Origin: an uncultured Actinomycetota bacterium
GTDB taxonomy: Bacteria > Actinomycetota > Actinomycetes > JAHEKZ01
Reading direction: 5' to 3'
Assembly (NCBI GenBank): GCA_963824605.1
Contig: CAWGPZ010000014.1
Span: 11,263-75,262, forward strand
Length of the DNA: 64,000 bases
Below are positions 40,714 through 49,521 of this stretch, piece by piece. A model generated the notes under the pieces. The model was not told where the DNA came from, searched no databases, and saw nothing but the letters and a program-made list of their open reading frames with translations. Both the position numbers and the translations under genes were made by a program. Position 1 is the stretch's first letter. Each line of letters begins with the position of its first letter.

Positions 40714-42052
40714 GGGGCCGGGGCTCGATCGGCTGACCGAACAGGCAGCAGCCGTCGATCCGCACCTGTTGCTGCCCGACCTCCATCAGCGCGAAGGAAC
40801 GCCGGTGGAGGGGACGCTCTCGTTGGCGGCGGTGACAGAGCTCGCACCCGGTCGATGGCTGGGTGTCTTCCGTGCCGGCGATGGTGACTGTCTGGCTGCA
40901 CCTTTCGGTCTCGACGAGGGAAGGCCGACTCGCGCTCGGCCAGGTGATGGCGCAGCGCAGGCACTCATCGAGCAGCTGAGGTCTGGCCACCCAGAACTGT
41001 CGAACGGCTTCCGTCTCACGTCGTTCGTCGGCGAGGACTCGCCTGCCCCTGCTCGATGGGCCGGCGGGGCCCTTGAGCGCCCGATGCTGGTCGATCAGAC
41101 GCACGAGTCAGTGGTGGTCGGCGACCGGGCCGTCGTGAAGTGGGCGGTGCGGGCCGAGCCGACACCGGCGCCCGTCCTCATCGCGCACCTCCGCGCCGCC
41201 GGCTTCAAGGAGATGCCCGAGCCATGGGGGTTCGTGACCTGGGCCGACGGCTCCGATGAGCTGTTGGTGGCGTCGGTAGTGCAGTACCTGCCCGGTGCCA
41301 CGGATGGGTGGACCTGGGCGGTGGCAGACGCTGCCGATTTCGCGGTACGAGGCGCCGGCCTTGAGTCGGCGGCCTCCAACCTGTCCGCGGTGGGGCCGGT
41401 GGTGGCCGACATGCACGTGGCGATGGCGACGTCTACCTCCGTCATCGGGTCTCCCGAGTCGATCGCCGACCACGGTGAGCTTCTGGAGTGGCGCGACCTC
41501 GCGCTGGGACTGCTCAGAGAGGCGATCGGTTCTGTCGACGGTCCCGAGGGCGCCCGTCTGGCCGCCCTCGGCCCGACGATCGTCGAGGCGATCCAAGGGC
41601 TGGGAGCCGTTGACGAGACCACGACCATTCCGGTTCACGGTGACCTACATGTCGGCCAGGTGCTGCGCTGGGACGGTGGGTTTGCGCTGGGCGACTTCGA
41701 CGGAAATCCGGTCCTTCCGGTGACCACACGGTTGTCGGCACAACCGGCGGCACGCGACGTGGCCGGGATGATGCAGTCCATCGATCACGTGGGGCGCGTC
41801 GTGCTGCGCAGGGTTGAGGGTGCCGACCCCGATGGCCTTCGCGAATGGATCACCGTCGCCCAGCAGCGTTTTCTGGACAGCTACCGCGAGCGTCTCAGCG
41901 AGTGCGGCAGGGAGGCGCTGTTCGATGATCGCCTCATGCTCGCTTTTCAGGCAGAGCAGGAGTGCCGCGAGTTCCTCTACGCCGTGCGACATCTCCCGCG
42001 CTGGCGGTACGTTCCTGACCAGGCGCTACAGGCGCTCTTCGGTCACGGGTGA
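40700..42052 (+). CDS. maltokinase-family (Mak/Pep2-like, APH fold) sugar kinase; candidate glucosamine kinase
   Basis: Catalytic loop VHGDLHVGQVLRW and DFDGNP (Mg-binding). About 450 aa. GTG start overlaps the glycosyltransferase gene's stop by 14 nt. Confidence 0.7.
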   Translation: MPAVEGPGLDRLTEQAAAVDPHLLLPDLHQREGTPVEGTLSLAAVTELAPGRWLGVFRAGDGDCLAAPFGLDEGRPTRARPGDGAAQALIEQLRSGHPELSNGFRLTSFVGEDSPAPARWAGGALERPMLVDQTHESVVVGDRAVVKWAVRAEPTPAPVLIAHLRAAGFKEMPEPWGFVTWADGSDELLVASVVQYLPGATDGWTWAVADAADFAVRGAGLESAASNLSAVGPVVADMHVAMATSTSVIGSPESIADHGELLEWRDLALGLLREAIGSVDGPEGARLAALGPTIVEAIQGLGAVDETTTIPVHGDLHVGQVLRWDGGFALGDFDGNPVLPVTTRLSAQPAARDVAGMMQSIDHVGRVVLRRVEGADPDGLREWITVAQQRFLDSYRERLSECGREALFDDRLMLAFQAEQECREFLYAVRHLPRWRYVPDQALQALFGHG

Positions 42053-42083
42053 CCCGTGGTTGACCACCAGCCCAAGGAGAACC

Positions 42084-43046
42084 GTGGATCCCAGTCTTTT
42101 CGCCGCTGATCTCGAGCAGCGGCCGTCTGCCCTGCGAGACCTGCGGCGCGTCCTGGTGACCGATGATGCCTGGTCGGCGCTTCCTGACGACGTGGGGCAG
42201 GTCTTGTTCCTTGGTATGGGGTCATCGATGTTTGCGGCCGCCGTTGCGGCGGCTCGGTTGCGCGCGATGGGCGTTGACGCCGTGGCGGAGCTGGCTTCCT
42301 CGGAGTTGCTCCCGCCGCCCGGTCCCGAGCGGCTGGTGGTCGCCATCTCGGCGTCCGGAGGCTCACAGGAGACTCAGGACGCCGTGATGCGGTATGCCGG
42401 TCAGTCACCGGTCACCCTGATCACCAACCGGGATCACTCCCCGCTCGCTGAGCTGGCGGACTCGACGGTGCTGATGCATGCCGGAGAGGAGCGGGGAGGC
42501 GTGTCGTGTCGCTCGTACACCCATACCCAGGTGCTCTTGCTGGCGCTGGAAGCGGCTCTTACCGGCGTCGACCGTGACCTAGAAGGATTGCTCAGCAACG
42601 CCGCAGATGCGGCAGAGGACCTCTTCGGCCGGCGTGATGACTGGCTTCCACGGGCTGTCGAGTGCCTGGCCGGCCCTGACCTGACGGCGGTGGTGGCTCC
42701 CTTCCGCAGACTCGGCAACGCACAGCAGTCAGCCTTGATGCTGCGCGAGGGCCCGCGACGCTCAGCCATCGCGAGTGAGACCGGTGAGTGGAGCCATGTC
42801 GATGTCTATCTCACGAAGACCAGCGACTACCGCATGCTTCTGCTGCCGGGAAGCCGGTACGAGGGCGAGCTGTTGCGTTGGACGCGTGAGCGGGACGCGA
42901 CGGTCGTGTGCGCCGGTCAGGAGATCGACGGAATCGCCCAGTCGATCCGCTACCGACACGACGACGACGACGCCGTCAAGTTCCTTACCGAGCTTCTCGT
43001 CGCTGAACAAGTGGCCGCGCAGGTGTGGGCTCGTTCGGCGACCTGA
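42084..43046 (+). CDS. SIS-domain sugar-phosphate isomerase/deaminase-like protein
   Basis: GTG with AAGGAGAA RBS. SIS motifs LGMGSSMFAA and VAISASGGSQET. Confidence 0.75.
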   Translation: MDPSLFAADLEQRPSALRDLRRVLVTDDAWSALPDDVGQVLFLGMGSSMFAAAVAAARLRAMGVDAVAELASSELLPPPGPERLVVAISASGGSQETQDAVMRYAGQSPVTLITNRDHSPLAELADSTVLMHAGEERGGVSCRSYTHTQVLLLALEAALTGVDRDLEGLLSNAADAAEDLFGRRDDWLPRAVECLAGPDLTAVVAPFRRLGNAQQSALMLREGPRRSAIASETGEWSHVDVYLTKTSDYRMLLLPGSRYEGELLRWTRERDATVVCAGQEIDGIAQSIRYRHDDDDAVKFLTELLVAEQVAAQVWARSAT

Positions 43047-43071
43047 GCGGTCTGCAAGTGGTCACGAATGG

Positions 43072-43749
43072 TCACGAGGGTTCAGGGCGTCGCCACTTCT
43101 TGACGTAGCCAGGAACGGGATAGGGCTCAACGAGGTCCGGCGCATCTATAGGTTCACCGAACGCCTCACGAAGTGGGACGACACCGGCCCAGATCGGCCG
43201 TGGGACATCGTCGTCCTCGTCCTCCGGCGGCCCGTCGGCCACCTTCACCGACATCTCCGTGAGGTCGAGAGCGAGCACCAAGGTGGCGGCGAGCTCCTTC
43301 TTGTTCGGGTGACGCGCCTCGCTCCAACGACCGGGCAGAAGGTGCTCGGTGATGACCTCAAGCGCGTGATCCTTCTCGGCGCCCTCCAGGACGTGGCACG
43401 TGCCCAGAACCATGACGCCGCGGTACTGCATCGACGACTCGAAGGTCGATCGGGCCAGGACCATGCCGTCGAGCAGCGTGACGGTCAGGCACGTGGCCTG
43501 GCCGTCGGCCAGCCCACGGAAGAGCCGACTACCGGTAGATCCGTGGAAGAGCACACGGTCGCCATCGCGCGCGTACCCCACCGGCACGACGTACGGCTGG
43601 CCGGTGGGGTCGGCGACCGACACGTGAGCAACAAAGCCGGCATCCAGAATCGCGTATCCGGTGGCGCGATCGTTGACCGTCTTCTCGGCGAGGCGGCGCA
43701 CGGTGGTGCGATCGGTGGATCCGGGCGCAGGCAGTTGAGCGCTGGTCAT
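43072..43749 (-). CDS. pyridoxamine 5-prime-phosphate oxidase-family (FMN-binding split-barrel) protein
   Basis: 225 aa. PNPOx-like fold pattern. Confidence 0.7.
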   Translation of the reverse strand: MTSAQLPAPGSTDRTTVRRLAEKTVNDRATGYAILDAGFVAHVSVADPTGQPYVVPVGYARDGDRVLFHGSTGSRLFRGLADGQATCLTVTLLDGMVLARSTFESSMQYRGVMVLGTCHVLEGAEKDHALEVITEHLLPGRWSEARHPNKKELAATLVLALDLTEMSVKVADGPPEDEDDDVPRPIWAGVVPLREAFGEPIDAPDLVEPYPVPGYVKKWRRPEPS

Positions 43750-43835
43750 GGTGTCCTTACGGGCTCGGGGTCAAGACGCTGATCGGATGGGGCGTGCCCT
43801 CCGTGTGCGGCGAGCGACGCCAGTGTGATGGCGAA

Positions 43836-43865
43836 GGGGTCCGTCGCCGACCGGCCACGGACCCC
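43836..43865. terminator. GC-rich hairpin (GGGGTCCGT-12 nt-ACGGACCCC) downstream of the minus-strand aminotransferase gene
   Basis: 9-bp perfect stem. Lies between the convergent ends of the upstream and downstream genes. Confidence 0.4.
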
Positions 43866-43885
43866 TTCGGTCACGTCAGTGGGCC

Positions 43886-45283
43886 CTACAGGATCGACCA
43901 GGCCTCGGTGAGTACCGATCGAAGCGTCGACTCGATCTGGTCGAACTCCGGCTGACCGATGATCAGCGGGGGAGCGAGCTGGATGACGGGGTCTCCGCGG
44001 TCGTCGGCCCGGCAGTAGAGCCCGGCGTCGAAGAGTGCCTTCGACAAGAAACCACGGAGGAGCCGTTCGGCCTCGTCGTCGTTGAAGGTCTCCTTGGTCT
44101 TCTTGTCCTTGACCAGCTCGATGCCGTAGAAGTACCCGTCGCCTCGGACGTCACCGACGATGGGCAGGTCGGTGAGCTTCTCGAGCGTCGAGCGGAATGC
44201 GCCTTCGTTGGCCTGGACGTGCTCGTTGATGCCTTCACGCTCGAAGATGTCGAGGTTGGCCAACGCCACCGCTGTCGCGACGGGGTGGCCACCCCAGGTG
44301 TAGCCGTGGGCGAAGTACTCCTGGCCGTGGCGGAACGGCTCGAAGAGCCGGTCGCTCACGATCATGGCGCCCAGCGGCGCGTAGCCGGAGGTCAGCCCCT
44401 TGGCTGAGGTGATGATGTCGGGAGTGACGCCGTACCGCTTGGTGGCGAAGTAGTCGCCGATGCGGCCGTAGGCACAGATCGTCTCGTCGGCGACGAACAG
44501 CACGTCGTACTCGTCGCAGATCTCGCGCACCCGCTCGAGGTAGCCAGGGGGCGGCGGGAAGCACCCGCCGGAGTTCTGGACCGGCTCCAGGAACACGGCC
44601 GCAACGGTGTCGGGGCCTTCGAACTCGATCGCCTCAGCGATTCGGTTGGCGGCCCACTGGCCGAACGCGTTGAGGTCGTCGCCGTGCTCGGTGGCGCGGT
44701 AGAAGTTGGTGTTGGGCACCTTGATGCCCGTCGGTACGAGCGGCTCGAAGTACTTCTTGGCGTCCGGAATTCCGGTGATGGACAGGGCGCCCTGCGGGGT
44801 GCCGTGGTACGCAACATTCCGGCTGATGACCTTGTGCTTCATGGGCTTGCCGGTCAACTTGAAGAACTGCTTGGCCAGCTTCCAGGCGCTCTCGACGGCC
44901 TCGCCGCCGCCGGAGGTGAAGAAGACCCGGTTCAGATCACCCGGGGCGAGCTCGGCCAGACGGTCGGCCAGCTCGATCGCGGGCGGATGCGCGTACGACC
45001 AGAGCGGGAAGAACGCCAGCTCCGATGCCTGCTTGGCCATGACCTCGGCCAGCTCGGTGCGACCGTGACCGACCTGGACGGTGAAGAGTCCGGCGAGGCC
45101 ATCGAGATACTTGTTCCCTTGGTCGTCCCAGATGTAGGCACCCTCGCCCCTGGTGATGACAGGAACGTGACCGCCCTCTTCGTAGGTCGAGTGGCGCGTG
45201 AAGTGCATCCACAGATGGTCGCGCGCGTTCTCGGCGAGACGGTCGTCGCCGGGCTCGTTGACGTATTGCGGTGATGTGCTCAT
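43886..45283 (-). CDS. class III (omega) aminotransferase, putrescine/GABA aminotransferase-like
   Basis: 465 aa. PLP lysine region ITSAKGLTSGYAPLG. DETICAYGRIG motif. Confidence 0.9.
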   Translation of the reverse strand: MSTSPQYVNEPGDDRLAENARDHLWMHFTRHSTYEEGGHVPVITRGEGAYIWDDQGNKYLDGLAGLFTVQVGHGRTELAEVMAKQASELAFFPLWSYAHPPAIELADRLAELAPGDLNRVFFTSGGGEAVESAWKLAKQFFKLTGKPMKHKVISRNVAYHGTPQGALSITGIPDAKKYFEPLVPTGIKVPNTNFYRATEHGDDLNAFGQWAANRIAEAIEFEGPDTVAAVFLEPVQNSGGCFPPPPGYLERVREICDEYDVLFVADETICAYGRIGDYFATKRYGVTPDIITSAKGLTSGYAPLGAMIVSDRLFEPFRHGQEYFAHGYTWGGHPVATAVALANLDIFEREGINEHVQANEGAFRSTLEKLTDLPIVGDVRGDGYFYGIELVKDKKTKETFNDDEAERLLRGFLSKALFDAGLYCRADDRGDPVIQLAPPLIIGQPEFDQIESTLRSVLTEAWSIL

Positions 45284-45765
45284 CGGGTTCCCCAGGAGTA
45301 GATCTGTTTACGGAGCTTGAGGTAGACGAAGCTCTCGGTGTGCCGGACACCGGGGATCGCCCGGATCTGGCGGTTGATGACGTCGAGCAGGTGGTCATCG
45401 TCTTCACAGACGACCTCGACAAGGATGTCGTAGGCGCCGGCTGTGATGACGACGTAGTCAACTTCGGTCATGGCCGCAAGTGCGTCAGCGACGTCTTCCA
45501 TGTCACCTTCGACCCGAACACCGATCATGGCCGCCCGGGTGAATCCCACGGAGAGCGGATCAGTGACGGCCACGATCTGCATGACGCCGGTCTCCTGGAG
45601 CCGCTGCACGCGTTGACGCACCGCAGCTTCGGAGAGACCGACCGCCTTGCCGATCGCTGAGTATGGTCGCCGGCCGTCCTCCTGGAGCTGCTCGATAATC
45701 GCCTTCGACACATCGTCGAGGGCGACACCGTTGCTGCGCTCTGAGACGCGGTCGCGACTGACCAT
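45280..45765 (-). CDS. Lrp/AsnC-family transcriptional regulator
   Basis: N-terminal HTH IIEQLQEDGRRPYSAIGKAVGLSEAAVRQRV. RAM domain. Confidence 0.88.
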   Translation of the reverse strand: MVSRDRVSERSNGVALDDVSKAIIEQLQEDGRRPYSAIGKAVGLSEAAVRQRVQRLQETGVMQIVAVTDPLSVGFTRAAMIGVRVEGDMEDVADALAAMTEVDYVVITAGAYDILVEVVCEDDDHLLDVINRQIRAIPGVRHTESFVYLKLRKQIYSWGTR

Positions 45766-45998
45766 TCGCGCATCCTGTCGTCGATTGCCGCCAAAGGCAA
45801 GCGATTCCGTCGACAGATGGTGGCTTTGCGACGAAATCAGTAAGTGAACCGGGTGAAGTCTGTCGTTTTCGGCCGTCGACGGCTAGGGTGGTGAGGACGG
45901 GCCGTGCGTGGGCCGAGCACCTCCGAACCCGCGCTCAGCGACCCGTCAGACGACCTGCCACACCCATCTGTTTGTCCCGCCCCCATCGAGGAGAGCAC

Positions 45999-47441
45999 GT
46001 GAGCGACCGCGTCATCCGCAACTTCATCAACGGTGAGTCCGTCGATTCCGCTGACGGCCAGATGATGGACCTCATCAACCCGACGACCGGAGAGGTCTTC
46101 GCCCAAGCAGCGAAGAGCTCAGCCGAGGACATCGACCGTGCCTTCGCGGCCGCGTCCACCGCGTTCGAGACCTGGAAGGAGAGCACGCCTTCCGAACGAT
46201 CACTGGCATTGCTGAAGCTGGCAGACGCCATCGAGGCAAACGCAGACGAGCTGATCGCTCTCGAGAGCGAGAACACCGGCAAGCCGCTGGCTCTCACAGC
46301 CAGCGAAGAGATCCCTCCGATGGTCGATCAGCTTCGCTTCTTCGCGGGGGCAGCCCGCAACCTCGAAGGACGGTCCGCCGGCGAGTACATGGCCGGCCAC
46401 ACCTCGATGATCCGCCGCGAGCCGGTGGGAGTCGTCGGCCAGGTGTCGCCGTGGAACTACCCGATGATGATGGCGGTGTGGAAGTTCGCGCCCGCAATCG
46501 CGGCGGGGTGCACGACGGTGCTGAAGCCGTCTGACACGACCCCGGCAACGACGGTCCGCATGGCTGAGCTCGCGGCCGAGTACCTGCCCCCCGGTGTGTT
46601 CAACGTCGTGACCGGTGACCGCGACACGGGTCGGGCGCTCGTCGACCACCAGACGCCCCGTCTCATCTCGATCACGGGATCGACGCGCGCCGGTATGCAG
46701 ATCGCGGAGTCGGCGAGCAAGGACCTCAAGCGTCTCCACCTGGAACTCGGCGGCAAGGCACCCGTCATCGTCTTCGACGACGCCGACATCGCGGCTGCTG
46801 CTGAGGCGATCGCTGTGGCCGGATACTTCAACGCCGGCCAGGACTGCACCGCGGCAACGCGAGTTCTGGCGGCTCCCGGTGTCTACGACGACTTCGTCGC
46901 GGCGCTCACCGAGCAGGCGCTCAACACGGCCACCACGTACGAGAACGGTCCCGGTGACGAGGACGCCATGGTTCCGCCGGTCAACAACGTCAACCAGTTC
47001 GACCGGGTGCTGGGCTTCTTCGACCGCCTTCCCGACCACGCGCGGGTCACCGCTGGTGGCGAGAAGATCGGCGACAGAGGGTACTTCGTGAAGCCAAGCG
47101 TCATCGCCGATGTCACCCAGAACGACGAGGTCATCCAGAGCGAGATCTTCGGTCCGGTCATCACGGTTCAGAAGTTCTCCGACGAGGCCGAGGCGCTGCG
47201 CTACGGCAACGGCGTCGACTACGGGCTCGCCTCCAGCGTGTGGACCAAGGACTTCGGTCGTGCCATGCGCATGGCGAAGTCGCTCGACTTCGGCTGCGTG
47301 TGGATCAACACCCACATCCCGTTGGTGGCCGAGATGCCGCACGGTGGTTTCAAGCACTCCGGGTACGGCAAGGACCTGTCGATGTACGGCTTCGACGACT
47401 ACACCCGGATCAAGCACGTCATGGCGAACATCGAAAGCTGA
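45999..47441 (+). CDS. NAD-dependent aldehyde dehydrogenase (aminobutyraldehyde dehydrogenase-like)
   Basis: GTG with GAGGAGAG RBS. ELGGKAP and catalytic Cys GQDCTAATR. Confidence 0.9.
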   Translation: MSDRVIRNFINGESVDSADGQMMDLINPTTGEVFAQAAKSSAEDIDRAFAAASTAFETWKESTPSERSLALLKLADAIEANADELIALESENTGKPLALTASEEIPPMVDQLRFFAGAARNLEGRSAGEYMAGHTSMIRREPVGVVGQVSPWNYPMMMAVWKFAPAIAAGCTTVLKPSDTTPATTVRMAELAAEYLPPGVFNVVTGDRDTGRALVDHQTPRLISITGSTRAGMQIAESASKDLKRLHLELGGKAPVIVFDDADIAAAAEAIAVAGYFNAGQDCTAATRVLAAPGVYDDFVAALTEQALNTATTYENGPGDEDAMVPPVNNVNQFDRVLGFFDRLPDHARVTAGGEKIGDRGYFVKPSVIADVTQNDEVIQSEIFGPVITVQKFSDEAEALRYGNGVDYGLASSVWTKDFGRAMRMAKSLDFGCVWINTHIPLVAEMPHGGFKHSGYGKDLSMYGFDDYTRIKHVMANIES

Positions 47442-47443
47442 TC

Positions 47444-47474
47444 GCAGACGGCAGACAGCAGACAGCAGACGGAC
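47444..47474. repeat. heptanucleotide microsatellite (GCAGACR)x4
   Basis: gcagacg gcagaca gcagaca gcagacg, read directly, immediately after the aldehyde dehydrogenase stop. Confidence 0.6.
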
Positions 47475-47500
47475 GGCGGTGGGCCATGGGGCCCGCCGCC
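47475..47500. terminator. bidirectional terminator-like hairpin ggcggtgggcc-atgg-ggcccgccgcc between convergent aldehyde dehydrogenase (+) and PucR regulator (-) genes, followed by a T-containing tract
   Basis: 10-11-bp stem with one mismatch and a 4-nt loop. Confidence 0.45.
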
Positions 47501-47534
47501 GTCCTTGCTTTCCCGGTCCGGCCGTGACTGGTGG

Positions 47535-49301
47535 TCAGCTGGGGGAGCGGACAGCGTGAAGGGCCGCGACGGCGACGTGCAGGGTGAGGCAGGTCGAGAC
47601 GTTGTCGAGGTCGACGCCAAGGATCTCCTCGATGGCTCTGAGCCGCTCGTAGAAGGCAGGGCGCGACAACCCGAAGGTCGACGCCGCCTCTGACTTGTTG
47701 CGCCCGGCGTCCAGGTAGTGGCCGAGCGCTCCGAAGAGATCGGTCCCGTGCTCCTCGTCGTGGGCCAACAGCGGGCCGAGCTCGCGCTCCACGAAGGTCT
47801 GCAGCCGTTCGTCGCGTCGCAGGAGGTGCAGCAGCCCCGTCAGGCCGACATCGGCGAGCCGGTGGAAGGGCCGAGCGGCGCCGCCTCCCGCCACGTCAGC
47901 CACCTGGGCGGCCTCCAGGAAGGACCGGCGCACCTCCAGGACGTCGACGACCGTGGATCCTGCGGCGACGACGACGAGCTCTTCCTCGGCCTCGACGGCC
48001 GCGCGTGAGACCCGCGACGAGATGGTGTCGAGGGCTTGGTCGACAGTGGCTCGGTCGGTGACGGCCAGCAGCAGTCCGATCGTGGCGTCGTCGAGCACGC
48101 CCACCAGCCCGAGCGCGCGCGTCCCTTTGAGCGCGTCAGCTGTGGACTCCGCGAGCCGCGTGAGCCGGGCCTGATCGGCCACTGCTCCCGGTGATGTCGG
48201 CGTCGGACGGAGAACGACACCGACAAGGGCTTTGTCATCGAGGGCAACGCCGAGGCTTCGAGCACGGAGCCTGATCTCGTGGGATGGGAGGTTCTGATCG
48301 ACGATGGCGCTCAGCAGTGTTCGATGGGACTGCCTCTCGAGTGACCCGTGCTCGCGTTCGATGAGTCTGCCCAGAGCCAGGGCGGCTGCGGCGCGTTCGG
48401 CCAGGACGAGGTCCCGTGGCGTCGAGGTGCGTCCGAGCGCGAGCACGAGCCGACCCCAGTCGGTTCCGCGCGCGCCCACGGTTGCCACCACCCAGCCGCT
48501 GGCGGGGTCAGCTGTCGAGCGTCCGCGGGAGACAAGGGACCGAGAGCGCGACTCCCATCTGTCGAGCAGCGCCTCGGCCGACACGCCTGCGGGATCGAAG
48601 GCGAGTACCTGGTGGCTGAGGTTCTCGAACACCACGGGTGCGTTCGCCATGCGGGCCGTCTGCCGAACGATGGCTTCGGGCCCTGCCCCCTCCATCGACA
48701 GCTCGGTGAAGGTCCGATGGACCTCATCGGAGACCCGGAGCTCGGAGAGCTGGGCGTCGACGATGAGGGCGTGCACCGACTCGGTGACCTGGACGAAAGG
48801 AGTCTCGCGCCGGAGCTCGATCACCGGAAGGCCCAGCTCGTCGGCCGCGGAGACCAGGCTCGCAGGAAGCTCGGTCGCGAAGCGTCTGCCGAGCTCGACG
48901 ATGAGACCCGCAACACCCGCTTCCGCGAGATCGTGAGCGAAAGCGACGAGGCGGTCGGCGTCATCGGGGAAGGCCAGACCGGTCGAGAGCAGCAGCTCGC
49001 CTCCGCGAAGCATGGGGGCGATATCGGGGAGCTCGGCGACGTGGGTCCAGCGCACCGTCCGGCCCAGGCCCGCTGCGCCGGCAACCACGCGCGGGCGTCC
49101 CTTTCGGATCGTCTCGAGCTCGAGCACCTGGGTCACTGTCGGATACACGCTGGGAACCGTCGCACGGGTGTTGACATCGTGTAAAGCGAGGGCATCCGGG
49201 TGCTGTGCTTCCTGATCCGTCGTTCGGGACCGGAGAAGCATCACGATTTCGTCGCGAATCACACGCAGGACGACGGATTCGCTTGTGCACAGCTCACTCA
49301 T
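47535..49301 (-). CDS. PucR/CdaR-family transcriptional regulator
   Basis: N-terminal purine-catabolism-regulator-like domain PRVVAGAAGLGRTVRWTHVAELPDIA. C-terminal PucR HTH FGLSRPAFYERLRAIEEILGVDL. Start codon uncertain. Confidence 0.85.
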   Translation of the reverse strand: MSELCTSESVVLRVIRDEIVMLLRSRTTDQEAQHPDALALHDVNTRATVPSVYPTVTQVLELETIRKGRPRVVAGAAGLGRTVRWTHVAELPDIAPMLRGGELLLSTGLAFPDDADRLVAFAHDLAEAGVAGLIVELGRRFATELPASLVSAADELGLPVIELRRETPFVQVTESVHALIVDAQLSELRVSDEVHRTFTELSMEGAGPEAIVRQTARMANAPVVFENLSHQVLAFDPAGVSAEALLDRWESRSRSLVSRGRSTADPASGWVVATVGARGTDWGRLVLALGRTSTPRDLVLAERAAAALALGRLIEREHGSLERQSHRTLLSAIVDQNLPSHEIRLRARSLGVALDDKALVGVVLRPTPTSPGAVADQARLTRLAESTADALKGTRALGLVGVLDDATIGLLLAVTDRATVDQALDTISSRVSRAAVEAEEELVVVAAGSTVVDVLEVRRSFLEAAQVADVAGGGAARPFHRLADVGLTGLLHLLRRDERLQTFVERELGPLLAHDEEHGTDLFGALGHYLDAGRNKSEAASTFGLSRPAFYERLRAIEEILGVDLDNVSTCLTLHVAVAALHAVRSPS

Positions 49302-49521
49302 CTGCCAAGATCGGCGTCCACCAGCCAGTCAGGCCTCAGACGAGCCTTTCGGGATCCGGAACCCACCGGGTCGACGGGCGCGAGTCGCCGGCTGGCGGGT
49401 AGCGTGGCCTACCAGGCGCGGTGCCGCGTGGCGGAGGGGTCACCATCCGTGCCCGGTGTCGCGTGCGGCACCACCGCATTTCTGGAGTCCGATCTGCACC
49501 AGGCGACACGAGGAGGATGCG

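Noticed and set aside
48348-49184. 278-aa plus ORF inside the PucR gene
   Set aside because: Antisense artefact. The PucR domains and HTH are clearly on the minus strand.
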